From assembly GCA_948439995.1 (NCBI GenBank), contig CAOJNP010000003.1, positions 1 to 63,881 on the forward strand: 63,881 bases of DNA, written 5' to 3'. Positions 28,436 to 38,006 of the stretch are shown piece by piece (position 1 is the first letter of the stretch; every line of letters starts with the position of its first letter). The stretch is from an uncultured Erysipelotrichaceae bacterium (GTDB taxonomy: Bacteria > Bacillota_I > Bacilli_A > RF39 > UBA660). Below the pieces are notes generated by a model, which had not been told where the DNA came from, did not search any database, and worked only from the letters and a program-made list of their open reading frames with translations. A program made the position numbers and the translations under genes.

Positions 28436-28942
28436 ATGATGTTATTAATTAGCTCTTTTGTAGCAAGTCTGGATGGTTTTATTATTGGAATTGGTTTAAA
28501 AGGAAATCGAATTCAGTTAAAGTGGAAAGAGTTTATTATTTTATTTGTAGAAAATATATTTCTTTATTCTTTTCTTTTATTTTTGTACTCTTTTTTTCAT
28601 TTTCAATTTATTACTCCATTTATCTCTACTTTATTGTATTTAGTATTGGCTTTTTTTTCATTTCGAAATAAAGAAGAAGACATTCCAATTATATCAAAAA
28701 ATTTAAACGTTTTTTCTTGTTTTTTTCTAACTCTTACCCATTCTTTGGATGGTGTTTTGGTTTCTCTAGGTTTCGTTTATGAATATCCTTTGTTTGTTAT
28801 TATTATTTTATTTAGTTTCATGGCTATTTTTTTAATTGGTCTCGGGTATTTTTTTGCTAAGTCTTTTCCTATGTCAAAAAAAAGCAACTATATTAGTGCT
28901 GTTTTATTTCTTTTCTTAGCAATATGGAATCAATTTTTTTAA
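28436..28942 (+). CDS. MntP/YtaF-like (DUF204) membrane protein
   Basis: 168 aa and multi-pass, with two SLDG-type motifs (VASLDGFIIG and THSLDGVLV) as in the DUF204 duplication. Confidence 0.5.
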   Translation: MMLLISSFVASLDGFIIGIGLKGNRIQLKWKEFIILFVENIFLYSFLLFLYSFFHFQFITPFISTLLYLVLAFFSFRNKEEDIPIISKNLNVFSCFFLTLTHSLDGVLVSLGFVYEYPLFVIIILFSFMAIFLIGLGYFFAKSFPMSKKSNYISAVLFLFLAIWNQFF

Positions 28943-28981
28943 ATCATAAAACTTTTCATTGATAAAAATAAATTTAAATTT

Positions 28982-29983
28982 TTATTTTCTTTCATCTTTT
29001 ATACTTTCTTTAATATCGTTTTCATATTCATTTAAAATTAACAATAACTCTTCTTCTGTCTTTGCCATACAGATTTTCGTTTTTATTTCTTTACTTTTTG
29101 GCATATTTTTTAAGTAGTATAAAAGATTAGAACGGATTTCTAAGAGAGCTGTTTTTTCATTCTTATCTTGTTTTAATAATTGATAATGATATTTCATCAT
29201 TTTTATTTTTTCTAAATGGGTTACAGGTTTTGGAATAATTCCATTTTCTAAATACAGAACACATTCTCTGATAAGCCAAGGATTTCCTAATGCTCCTCTT
29301 CCAATCATAATGGCATCGCATCCTGTTTCTTCAAGCATTTTTTTGGCATCGTAACAACTTAAAATGTCTCCATTTCCGATGACAGGAATGTTCACGGATT
29401 CTTTGACCTGTTTTATAATGTTCCAATCGGCATGGCCTGTATAGCCTTGCGATCTTGTTCTTCCGTGAACTGCAATGGCACTTGCCCCTGCTTTTTCACA
29501 GATTTTTGCAATTTCTACGGCATTGATATGTTGCTCATCCCATCCACTTCTAATTTTTACAGTTACAGGAACCGATACTGCATTTTTTACAGCAGAAACA
29601 ATTTCATAAATTTTTTCTGGATTTTTTAAAAGAGCACTTCCGGCTTGTGCTTTTAATGCCACTTTTGGAACAGGACAACCCATATTGATATCAATTATGT
29701 CTGGATGCATCGTTTTTTCAATTTCTTTTGCAGATAAAACAAATGATTCTTTATCACTTCCAAAAATTTGTTGGGCAATTGGTCTTTCTTCTTCACTCAT
29801 TTTCAGTAAATCAAATGTTTTTTTGCTTCCATACATAATTGCTTTATCACTTACCATCTCAGCATAAATCAGCCCACAACCCATGCTTTTAATGATTTTT
29901 CGGTATGATGTATTTGAAAAACCTGCCATAGGTGCTAATACGACTTGATTTTTTATCAACAGTTTGCCAATTCGGAAACTCAT
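28982..29983 (-). CDS. dus: tRNA-dihydrouridine synthase
   Basis: 333 aa with VVLAPMAGFSN, DINMGCP and VTVKIRSGWD motifs characteristic of the Dus family. Confidence 0.85.
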   Translation of the reverse strand: MSFRIGKLLIKNQVVLAPMAGFSNTSYRKIIKSMGCGLIYAEMVSDKAIMYGSKKTFDLLKMSEEERPIAQQIFGSDKESFVLSAKEIEKTMHPDIIDINMGCPVPKVALKAQAGSALLKNPEKIYEIVSAVKNAVSVPVTVKIRSGWDEQHINAVEIAKICEKAGASAIAVHGRTRSQGYTGHADWNIIKQVKESVNIPVIGNGDILSCYDAKKMLEETGCDAIMIGRGALGNPWLIRECVLYLENGIIPKPVTHLEKIKMMKYHYQLLKQDKNEKTALLEIRSNLLYYLKNMPKSKEIKTKICMAKTEEELLLILNEYENDIKESIKDERK

Positions 29984-29997
29984 TTTATCACTCCATC

Positions 29998-30576
29998 TTA
30001 TTTTGAATTATTATCAATGATTAATGTTACATTTTCTTCGTTTTTTAATAAAAAAGCATTTGCTTCGTCTCGATCAATATGCATTTCAAAATATCCATTC
30101 TCACTTATTTTTATATGAGTATCTAGTAATGCAGTACGATTTTTTCTTACTAAAACTTTTACCACATCATCATCTTTTACATGGTACTTTTCTTGATCTT
30201 TTGAATTAATGTGGATATGCCTTTGGGCTAAAATACATACACTTTCTAAATAAATTTCTCCTTTTGGACCAACTAAGGTAATATTTTCTGAATTTTTGAT
30301 GTCACCACTTTTTCGAACAGGAGGATTTAATCCTAATTGATGAGCATCACTATTACATATTTCTACTTGATTGTAATCACGAAATGGTCCAACGATTCTA
30401 ACATTTTCTATGATTCCTTGTTCTGTTTTTAAAGTAACAACTTGGTTGGAAGCAAATTCTCCAATTTGATGAATTTCTTTTTTTATCGTTAAAGGTTCAT
30501 TAAATAATAACTCATAAGTTTCTTTAGTTAAATGGACATGACGATTACTAATTCCAATTTTCACTTGATATTCCAT
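29998..30576 (-). CDS. pduL: Phosphate propanoyltransferase PduL-like
   Basis: 192 aa with a duplicated GISNRHVHL / AQRHIHIN motif pattern, typical of PduL (PTAC). Confidence 0.75.
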   Translation of the reverse strand: MEYQVKIGISNRHVHLTKETYELLFNEPLTIKKEIHQIGEFASNQVVTLKTEQGIIENVRIVGPFRDYNQVEICNSDAHQLGLNPPVRKSGDIKNSENITLVGPKGEIYLESVCILAQRHIHINSKDQEKYHVKDDDVVKVLVRKNRTALLDTHIKISENGYFEMHIDRDEANAFLLKNEENVTLIIDNNSK

Positions 30577-30779
30577 TTACATTCACTCTTTTCTATCTCT
30601 AATGCTTTTTGTAAAATAAATCTTGCATTTCATTTTATTTATTGTATTTTTTTCATTCTTGATCCATTTGTTTTTTTATCGCATATCTTTTTATTCCATA
30701 TTTTTAGCGTCTTTTTTTCCATCCTTTCCTGTATGTTTTTTCTTTTTTTGTTTAAAATATTATTAGGAGGGATATCTTT

Positions 30780-30971
30780 ATGAAAAAACCAGGTTGTAGT
30801 AAATGTAGTGAAACAACACTTCAAGGTCGAGCTTATATTGATCAAGAAACCGGTTTATTATGTGTTTCTATAGAAGAAAAATATGAGAAGCCAAAAGGAA
30901 AAAAAGTATTAGTTCCTTTTGTTTGTACAACTTGCGGTACAACAGAGTGGAAAACCATTGAAGATGATTAG
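30780..30971 (+). CDS. Small zinc-ribbon protein
   Basis: 63 aa with CSKC ... CTTC cysteine pairs and a ggaggg RBS. Confidence 0.5.
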   Translation: MKKPGCSKCSETTLQGRAYIDQETGLLCVSIEEKYEKPKGKKVLVPFVCTTCGTTEWKTIEDD

Positions 30972-30992
30972 AACTTTTTTAAAGTTCTTTTT

Positions 30993-31622
30993 TTATGCAT
31001 TTTTATTAAGCCAAATCATATTGATTAATTTCATATCATCAAATTCTAATTTAAAAATACGAAACGGATGAAATACACCATCAATGATAACTTCTTCTTT
31101 GAAATTTAAAATCATTTGGTTATCTAAATTATACCCTTTTTCACACCAAGTAGCAAAAAGGGCTTCTAATGCAATATCATGTGAAAACACAGCAATGGTC
31201 TCATCTTGATGGCGAAATAAAATGTCTTTTACTATTTCTTTCATTCGATCTTGAACATTTTTCATAGATTCTCCATTGTGAAATTTATAATCAAAATCAT
31301 GTTCTTGCATTTCTTTTAAAAAGTGCTCGCTATTTGCTCCTAAAATACCAATTCTACGTTCTTTTAGCTTTTCATCTATCCATATTGGAACATTTAATTC
31401 TTCACTTAAATATTTTGCAGTACTTACACTAGCAATGTAATGGGATGAATAAATTCTTTTTGTTTTTTTAATTCCGTCTATTTTTAAAAATTCAGATGCT
31501 GTTTTTTCTCCTTTGAAACTTAATGGTAATAATTCTTTTTGTTTTTCTTTTGGTATTTCTTTCAAATAGCGAATTTCATTTTTGAATAAATAATTATTTG
31601 TAAAAAAATAAATAGAAGTCAT
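30993..31622 (-). CDS. Histidine-phosphatase (phosphoglycerate mutase-like) superfamily protein lacking the N-terminal RHG motif
   Basis: The C-terminal region has ERRIGILG and AVFSHDIALEAL, as in the superfamily. The N-terminus reads IYFFTNNY where RHG is expected. The ATG at 31622 overlaps the upstream stop (TAATG). The longer ORF-track version overlaps the upstream gene and is unlikely. Confidence 0.55.
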   Translation of the reverse strand: MTSIYFFTNNYLFKNEIRYLKEIPKEKQKELLPLSFKGEKTASEFLKIDGIKKTKRIYSSHYIASVSTAKYLSEELNVPIWIDEKLKERRIGILGANSEHFLKEMQEHDFDYKFHNGESMKNVQDRMKEIVKDILFRHQDETIAVFSHDIALEALFATWCEKGYNLDNQMILNFKEEVIIDGVFHPFRIFKLEFDDMKLINMIWLNKNA

Positions 31623-32137
31623 TAGTTGATCACTCTTCCTAAAATTCCATAAGATAAAATTAGCATAATAATACCTGCTAATAAAACTCCTAATACTGCG
31701 GCAAGTAGTGATTTTTTCTTGTCTAGATTTAATAATGCAGCAATTAAACAACCAGTCCATGCTCCTGTACCTGGAAGAGGGATTCCAACAAATAAAAATA
31801 GTCCCCAATATTTTAATTTTTCAATTTTTTCTTTTTTGGAATCAGCTTTTTTTTCACACCAAGTTACGAATTTACCAATTATTGGCCAAGATCTCATATA
31901 CCGAAATAAGGGGTTGATAAGCCACAGAATAAATGGAATTGGAATAATATTTCCAATGAGACAAATTATGTAACTTTGCCACATTGGAAGTCCTAACATA
32001 CTAGCAGCTAATAATCCTCCGCGTAATTCTAAAATTGGGATCATTGAAATGATAAACACAATCACATATTTCCCTACTATGGTTCCTGCCCAAGTACCAA
32101 AAAAACCTACTACAAATTTTGTTATTTTATCAGTCAT
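31622..32137 (-). CDS. Small multidrug-export-like membrane protein (COG2426 / PF06695-like)
   Basis: 171 aa with 4-5 TM helices and an ILELRGGLLAA motif typical of that family. Confidence 0.6.
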   Translation of the reverse strand: MTDKITKFVVGFFGTWAGTIVGKYVIVFIISMIPILELRGGLLAASMLGLPMWQSYIICLIGNIIPIPFILWLINPLFRYMRSWPIIGKFVTWCEKKADSKKEKIEKLKYWGLFLFVGIPLPGTGAWTGCLIAALLNLDKKKSLLAAVLGVLLAGIIMLILSYGILGRVIN

Positions 32138-32276
32138 ACTGTTCTCTCCTTTTATTTTTTTATTATATCATGTATGGTTTTATCTAGAAAGATTAAGTAT
32201 AAATTAGATTTACAATTTTTATTGTATAACAAAAAAAATAGACTTTTATGGTCTAACCATGTCTATTTTTGACCTT

Positions 32277-32921
32277 TTATTTTTCTCTTACACGTGTTGC
32301 AATTGTAATAATATCTTCTTGAAATCTTTTATATTCTATATTTTCTTGCTCCAATTCTTTTATTCTTCTTAAATGAACAAAATTTTCTTGTTTTGTAAAA
32401 TCTAATTGCTGTTCTAAGGCTAAAACTTGATTTTCTAACATTTTGTAACGTTTTAATAAATCACTAAATGTCATTTCTGCATTCGTATCAGGATTTTGAC
32501 ATGTTTTGTTATTATAAGCTTCTATTAATTCAATCATTTCATGGTCGATTGGATTTTTTGAATTTTCATCAAATTGTTCTAATAAGAATATTTCATGTTC
32601 TAATATAGATTGCATAAATTGACGACAGATTATTTTATACATATTAATTTTATCTTCTTTCATTTGAAAACCGTTCATAATAAATTGATAATCTGAAGAA
32701 ACATCTATTGCTGTTCCTTTTATAAAACGCGTATAATTTTTTAGTGTTTTTATTTTTTCTAATTTTGAATTGACCGATAGAAATCTGTTGTTTTTAAATC
32801 CTGTAACTATATTTTCGATCACAATAGAATTTGGAAAAGTTAAAATTTGATTCGTCAATAATTCTCTTATTTTTATCATTTGATTTTCATCATTTAAAAA
32901 GAAAAGATTGGACATAGGCAT
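32277..32921 (-). CDS. Hypothetical protein with C-terminal coiled coil
   Basis: The likely start is the MPMSNLFF Met, with an aaggaaa RBS. No motif recognised. Confidence 0.45.
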   Translation of the reverse strand: MPMSNLFFLNDENQMIKIRELLTNQILTFPNSIVIENIVTGFKNNRFLSVNSKLEKIKTLKNYTRFIKGTAIDVSSDYQFIMNGFQMKEDKINMYKIICRQFMQSILEHEIFLLEQFDENSKNPIDHEMIELIEAYNNKTCQNPDTNAEMTFSDLLKRYKMLENQVLALEQQLDFTKQENFVHLRRIKELEQENIEYKRFQEDIITIATRVREK

Positions 32922-32934
32922 ATATTTATTTCCT

Positions 32935-33420
32935 TTATAATTCTCCTTTGTATCCTTTTTTCGCAATAAAATAATCACATGGATAGTTTTTTTCTAATCC
33001 TAATTGAAACGTTCTACTTTTGTCATACTTGCAAATAAATTCAATATCATTTGGATTCAAAAAATAAATATTTTTTTCAAAAGCCTCTATCTTTTCTATA
33101 ATATGACTAGAAAAAATAGCATTATAAGATAAGTATCCTTTTTGTACTTGTTGATATACAAAGTAACTTTGTTCTAAAAATTCTTTTAATAATTTATATG
33201 CATCTTGCTCTTTAAAAAAAACAGTTGATCTTATATAATCTAATTTTATTCCTAATAAATGAGGAACTGTTTGAGGTAAAATTTCAAAATTTATTTTTTC
33301 ACCATTTGCAAAATATATTTGGTATTGATTGTAATGTAAAACATTATTTTCATATCTTAATATGATTTCTTTCAAATGATCAATTAAAGAATCAAAATCT
33401 GCTTTGGTTGCAATTTTCAA
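32935..33420 (-). CDS. Hypothetical protein
   Basis: 161-aa ORF, the middle gene of a three-gene minus-strand cluster. No motif I can name with confidence. Confidence 0.45.
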   Translation of the reverse strand: MKIATKADFDSLIDHLKEIILRYENNVLHYNQYQIYFANGEKINFEILPQTVPHLLGIKLDYIRSTVFFKEQDAYKLLKEFLEQSYFVYQQVQKGYLSYNAIFSSHIIEKIEAFEKNIYFLNPNDIEFICKYDKSRTFQLGLEKNYPCDYFIAKKGYKGEL

Positions 33421-33487
33421 TTAAAAATCCCCCTTTTTCTAAGGAGATATTATATATTATTTTTTTTATTTATTTCTTTTTATAACA

Positions 33488-33814
33488 TTAAAAGCTTTCT
33501 TTTCCAAAATCTACATAAGTAATATTTTTATCACGCTTTAAAATACGTTTTTTTAATTTTTTTCGTTCAACTTCTAACAAAATTCTTATCATGATAAGAA
33601 GAAAAGTTTCATAAGATACTTGAAACATAACTGAAAATTGATATATCTTGTCATATTGTTTTTTTATTAATACCTCTTTTATGCCTTCATAACCACCACA
33701 AAAATAAAGTATATCATCGTTTGAGATAGATATATCTGAAATATTTTTTGGTAAATCCTTTAAAATACTTTCCAAAAGTGATTTAAAATCTTTATCGTCT
33801 TTCATAGCTATCAC
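33488..33814 (-). CDS. Hypothetical protein
   Basis: 108-aa ORF, the first gene of the cluster. Confidence 0.4.
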   Translation of the reverse strand: MIAMKDDKDFKSLLESILKDLPKNISDISISNDDILYFCGGYEGIKEVLIKKQYDKIYQFSVMFQVSYETFLLIMIRILLEVERKKLKKRILKRDKNITYVDFGKESF

Positions 33815-34044
33815 CTGAGTTCTTTATAATAATATATTCTGAAAAAAAAGAAAAGAAGTTTTTTTCCTTCTTTTCAAAAGTGTGAGTTTGAGTTTATATG
33901 TTATTTATATTGTATAGAGTTTTTATATATTCATAAATATATTCGCAACAATCTTAAAATATCACTTCTCCTTTCATAGTTTTATCTTACAAAACTTTTA
34001 TGAAGTTTGTGTGAAGTAAGAGTGAAGGAATGATAAACTTTACA

Positions 34045-35445
34045 TTACTTTTTTTTCTTAGATTTTTGACATTTAAAGTAAAATCTAGTTCCTTTTCCTT
34101 TTTCACTTTTTACTCCATATTCATAATGATGTTTTTCTAATATATTTTTAACAATAGATAAACCTATTCCAGTTCCTACAATATTTCTTTGATGATTTTT
34201 CTCATTTTTATAATATTTATCCCAAATCACATTAATTTCTTCTGGATTAATTCCTTTTCCACTATCTATAATTTCGATTAAATATTTGTTTTTTTCTTCA
34301 GTTAAACATATTTTTACCGTTTTATCTTCTCCTGTGTAATTGATTGCGTTGTTGATTAAATTATAGATAACTTGATTGATTTTATTTTTGTCAGCAGTAA
34401 TGAATGCTTGTTCTGGCATTTCGATGATAAATTTATAATGTTCTGTTTCTTTCATAATTTCGTAGCGTTTTAATATTTCTTTAATTTCTTTTGTTAAGTC
34501 AAAAGTTTCTTTTTTTAAAATATCAGCATCTGCTTGCATTTTGGATAAGTCTAAAATGTCATTTACTAGTACATTTAAACGATCTGTTTCCGAAATAATA
34601 ATATTTAAATGTTCTAGTCTTTTTTGTTCATCTTGAAATGAAATATCACGTATCATTTCTGCATATGCTTTGATCATAGTAAGTGGTGTTTTTAAATCAT
34701 GAGAAACATTCGCCATTAAGTCTCTTCTTAATTCATCGGTTTTTGAAAGTTCTTTTTGAGCATTGTTTAAATTTTCAGCAAGATCATCTATTTCTAAAAT
34801 ACCATTTTTTTTGAATTCAATTTCATGATTTCCATATCCTAATTTTTTTGCTTTTTCAGAAATATCAATAATAGGTTTGGTAATTTTATGAGACAAAAAA
34901 TAAGCAATAGCACAAGAAAAAATAATCGCAATAATGGTTAAGTAAATTAATTGTTGTTTTAAAACGACTGATGCATTACTTAAATCTTCTAAGGTACTAT
35001 AGATATAAATATATCCATTGTTTTTTTGAATTCCATATAAATAAGCTTTGGCTTTATATTCTTGATTTACCAATCGAATTGCTTGCGTTTTATTTCCTGA
35101 TTTAATAATTTCTAATTTAGCTTTATTAATGTCTTGATTGTCTTTTCCCAGTTCGCATCCAATCATTCTCGTATTATATCCAATGGTTTCATAGGATGTA
35201 ACATATTCAATACAAACTTCATTTTCATAAGCAATTTTTTCTAAATTTTCTGCCAATTTGTATTCACTTGATTGTTCTACAGAAAGAGCTAATTTATCAA
35301 TGGTTTTTACTTGAAGATATTCATAAGATACTGTTAAATAAACAATTTGAAAAAACCAAAGTAATAAAAGAATGGATACACTAAATATAATTAAGTAAAG
35401 TAATACTTTAAAATTTAAACTACTAATTTTCTTTTTTGTATTCAA
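34045..35445 (-). CDS. Sensor histidine kinase (HisKA + HATPase_c)
   Basis: 466 aa with two TM helices, H-box MANVSHDLKTPLT, and N/G boxes (NLINNAINYT, GTGIGLSIV). Confidence 0.85.
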   Translation of the reverse strand: MNTKKKISSLNFKVLLYLIIFSVSILLLLWFFQIVYLTVSYEYLQVKTIDKLALSVEQSSEYKLAENLEKIAYENEVCIEYVTSYETIGYNTRMIGCELGKDNQDINKAKLEIIKSGNKTQAIRLVNQEYKAKAYLYGIQKNNGYIYIYSTLEDLSNASVVLKQQLIYLTIIAIIFSCAIAYFLSHKITKPIIDISEKAKKLGYGNHEIEFKKNGILEIDDLAENLNNAQKELSKTDELRRDLMANVSHDLKTPLTMIKAYAEMIRDISFQDEQKRLEHLNIIISETDRLNVLVNDILDLSKMQADADILKKETFDLTKEIKEILKRYEIMKETEHYKFIIEMPEQAFITADKNKINQVIYNLINNAINYTGEDKTVKICLTEEKNKYLIEIIDSGKGINPEEINVIWDKYYKNEKNHQRNIVGTGIGLSIVKNILEKHHYEYGVKSEKGKGTRFYFKCQKSKKKK

Positions 35446-36106
35446 ATTTGTAACCTACTTTTCGTATCGTGGTAATGTAATCACGATATTTTCCTAATTG
35501 ATTTCGTAATGTCTTCACATGTGTATCAACTGTTCTATCATCTCCATAAAAATCATATCCCCAAATGCTTGTTAAAAGTTGTTCTCTTGTTAATGCAATG
35601 TTTTTATTTTCAATTAAGTATTTTAATAATTCATATTCTTTTGGAGTTAAATTAATTTTTTGATTGTCAATCGTCACTTCATGGGCAATATCATCAATTT
35701 TTAATCCATCAAATTCATAAATATTGGTATTTGACTTTTTATCGTTTCGTTTTGTGATAGCTTTGATTCTAGCCACCAATTCTTTTGGACTAAACGGTTT
35801 GGTCATATAATCATCTATGCCAATTTCAAATCCTAGTAATTTATCAATTTCATCTTGACGTGCTGATAACATTAAACATGGAATATCTTTGATTTTTTTT
35901 ATTTCTTTTATGGTTTGATATCCATCCATTTTTGGCATCATAATATCCATTATAATAAAATCTGGAAGTTCTTTTTCTACCATTTCTTTGGCTATTAAGC
36001 CATTTTCTGCTTCCATGATTTCATATCCTTCAATTTTTAAATATTCTTTAATTACTTCACGAATTAAAACTTCATCATCACAAATTAATACTTTGATAAA
36101 TATCAC
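35423..36106 (-). CDS. OmpR-family response regulator
   Basis: Receiver domain (DDE..., DIMMPKMDG, K at MTKPF) plus a winged-helix output (TVDTHVKTLRNQLG). Overlaps the kinase gene. Confidence 0.9.
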   Translation of the reverse strand: MIFIKVLICDDEVLIREVIKEYLKIEGYEIMEAENGLIAKEMVEKELPDFIIMDIMMPKMDGYQTIKEIKKIKDIPCLMLSARQDEIDKLLGFEIGIDDYMTKPFSPKELVARIKAITKRNDKKSNTNIYEFDGLKIDDIAHEVTIDNQKINLTPKEYELLKYLIENKNIALTREQLLTSIWGYDFYGDDRTVDTHVKTLRNQLGKYRDYITTIRKVGYKFEYKKEN

Positions 36107-36172
36107 CTCTCATTTTCTTATATTATAGCAAAATTGTGAAATTAAAATGAAATTTATAAAAAAAAGAAGATT

Positions 36173-36919
36173 TTATTCTTCTTCTAATTCTACATTATGA
36201 TAGATCTCTGTCACGTCTTCAATTTCGTCTAACATTTTATAAAGCTTTTGGAATGTTTCTAGATCTTCTCCTTCTAATTTTACTTTGTCTTTAGGATACA
36301 TTCCAATTTCATCTAGTTCATAAGTGACATCTTTAATCACTTGTTCGACTACATCTTTTACTTTATTATGATCGCTTGGAGTTACTGTTATCACAATTTC
36401 TCCATTTTCATTTTCAAAATCAATCAAGTCAATATTGTTTTCAATTAAAGCATTAAATAATTCTTCTTCTTTTTCACTTTTGAGACTTATAATAGCTAAA
36501 TAATCGTAATTATAGGATACAGAATTCGTAACTCCAAGGGATTTGTGAACTTTATTAAATGCTGCTCTTACAAACCCTACTGTTCGATTTACATTATCCG
36601 TTAGTGTTTTAATAATTAAAGTAGAAGCTCCTGGACCAAACCCTTCATAAATTACAGTTTCATAATCTTCTCCACCAGCACCTTTGGCTTTATCAATCGC
36701 ACGATTGATAATATCATTTGGAACTTGTTCTTTTTTTGCTTTTTCTACAATGCGCTTTAATGCTACATTACTATCTATTTCTGGCGTTCCTTTTTTTGCT
36801 GCTAAATAGATTTCTTTTGCATAAGTAGAATAAAGTTTTGCTTTGGCAGCTCCTGTTTTTTGGATACTTGCTTTTCTTACTTCATAAGCTCTACCAAATT
36901 GTTGAATATCTAATTTCAT
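36173..36919 (-). CDS. YebC/PmpR-family transcriptional regulator
   Basis: Family-typical FGRAYEVRKASIQKTGAAKAKLYS and GPGASTLIIKTLTDNVNRT. The start at MKLDIQQ is preceded by an aaaggtg RBS. Confidence 0.85.
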   Translation of the reverse strand: MKLDIQQFGRAYEVRKASIQKTGAAKAKLYSTYAKEIYLAAKKGTPEIDSNVALKRIVEKAKKEQVPNDIINRAIDKAKGAGGEDYETVIYEGFGPGASTLIIKTLTDNVNRTVGFVRAAFNKVHKSLGVTNSVSYNYDYLAIISLKSEKEEELFNALIENNIDLIDFENENGEIVITVTPSDHNKVKDVVEQVIKDVTYELDEIGMYPKDKVKLEGEDLETFQKLYKMLDEIEDVTEIYHNVELEEE

Positions 36920-36950
36920 ATAAACACCTTTTCTCTCGTTCATTAGTATA

Positions 36951-38006
36951 CTACAAAAATTTTAAACTTCCTACAAAATCATATACAAAATGTTGTTTTT
37001 TATCCGCTTTTTTTAAAAATCGAATTACTTTACTAACGTTGTATATTTGGTAATAATATATTTTTTCTTTTTCCATAACATATTCTAGTGCTTTTAAAAC
37101 AGTTTTTCGTTTGGTATCTGTTCGAAAAAAATTTTTTACTCTCCGATAATTTCTGTCTTTTATTTTTCTTGTTATAACATTAAAATAAAAATCAGATTTT
37201 TTAAAAAATGTATACTTATATCCATCGTAATTTTTTAATATTCGCAAGGTGTCATAATAACCCATATAAATGTTATCTTTTATTTTTTCTTCTTTCATTC
37301 CAATAATTGGTCCAACACTTCTAGATGGCTTGATATAAGTGACATCAATTTTTTTCTTTAATTTTCTTGTAATATTAATACTAAGTCCAATATTGACACG
37401 GACTACATATACTTTTGTATACCCTTTGTCAATTAACATGTTAACAGGACTATTGTCGTAAAATCCACCGTCAATATAAAAATTATCATCTACAGTTTTC
37501 TTCATTCGAAATAAAGGTAAGTAACAACTTGCTAATATATATTCATGAATTTTGCCTGGTTTCATATCTTCTTTGAATAAATAAACTGGCTTCATTTCAT
37601 TTAATTTTACAGTACATAATCCAAAGTCTTTGGGACTTTCTATTAATTCTTCTTCTTTTATATGTTCTCTTAAAATTTCTTCTAGCCCTTCGGTTCTTAC
37701 TCCTCGATTTTTTAAAATTTTTAAACCTTGCTTTAAGGTCAAACGAACCATTTTAAAATTAAATTCTCTTTTTTTTACTTTTTGCATGTATTCTTCATCG
37801 AATCCTAATACCGATGAGACATTTACATTTTGCCAAAATTCTAGCAATTCTTCTTCTTTTCCACAAGCAAGCATCGCACTATTAAAAGATCCAATGCTTG
37901 TACCACAAAATCCATCAAAGATAATGCCACAATCTTTCATGGCATAGTAAGCTCCTATTTGATATGAACCTTTGGTTCCTCCTCCTTCTAATGCAAGTCC
38001 AATCAC
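36951..38006 (-). CDS. Patatin-like phospholipase
   Basis: GLALEGGGTKG oxyanion motif, GTSIGS (GxSxG) and DGG. I favour a GTG start at 38006 that overlaps the ZIP gene stop as GTGA. The ORF-track TTG start at 38084 would overlap ZIP by 82 nt. Confidence 0.8.
   Translation of the reverse strand: MIGLALEGGGTKGSYQIGAYYAMKDCGIIFDGFCGTSIGSFNSAMLACGKEEELLEFWQNVNVSSVLGFDEEYMQKVKKREFNFKMVRLTLKQGLKILKNRGVRTEGLEEILREHIKEEELIESPKDFGLCTVKLNEMKPVYLFKEDMKPGKIHEYILASCYLPLFRMKKTVDDNFYIDGGFYDNSPVNMLIDKGYTKVYVVRVNIGLSINITRKLKKKIDVTYIKPSRSVGPIIGMKEEKIKDNIYMGYYDTLRILKNYDGYKYTFFKKSDFYFNVITRKIKDRNYRRVKNFFRTDTKRKTVLKALEYVMEKEKIYYYQIYNVSKVIRFLKKADKKQHFVYDFVGSLKFL

Noticed and set aside
30532-30845. ORFs 30532..30783 (+) and 30639..30845 (-) in the T-rich spacer between pduL and the zinc-ribbon gene.
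   Set aside because: They are homopolymer-driven low-complexity translations that overlap each other and the neighbouring real start. No RBS is present.
30993-31808. The long 271-aa version of the histidine-phosphatase-like ORF.
   Set aside because: The first 62 codons overlap the 3' end of the COG2426-like gene in another frame and encode Cys/Arg/Ser-rich nonsense. The internal ATG at 31622 forms a TAATG stop/start overlap.
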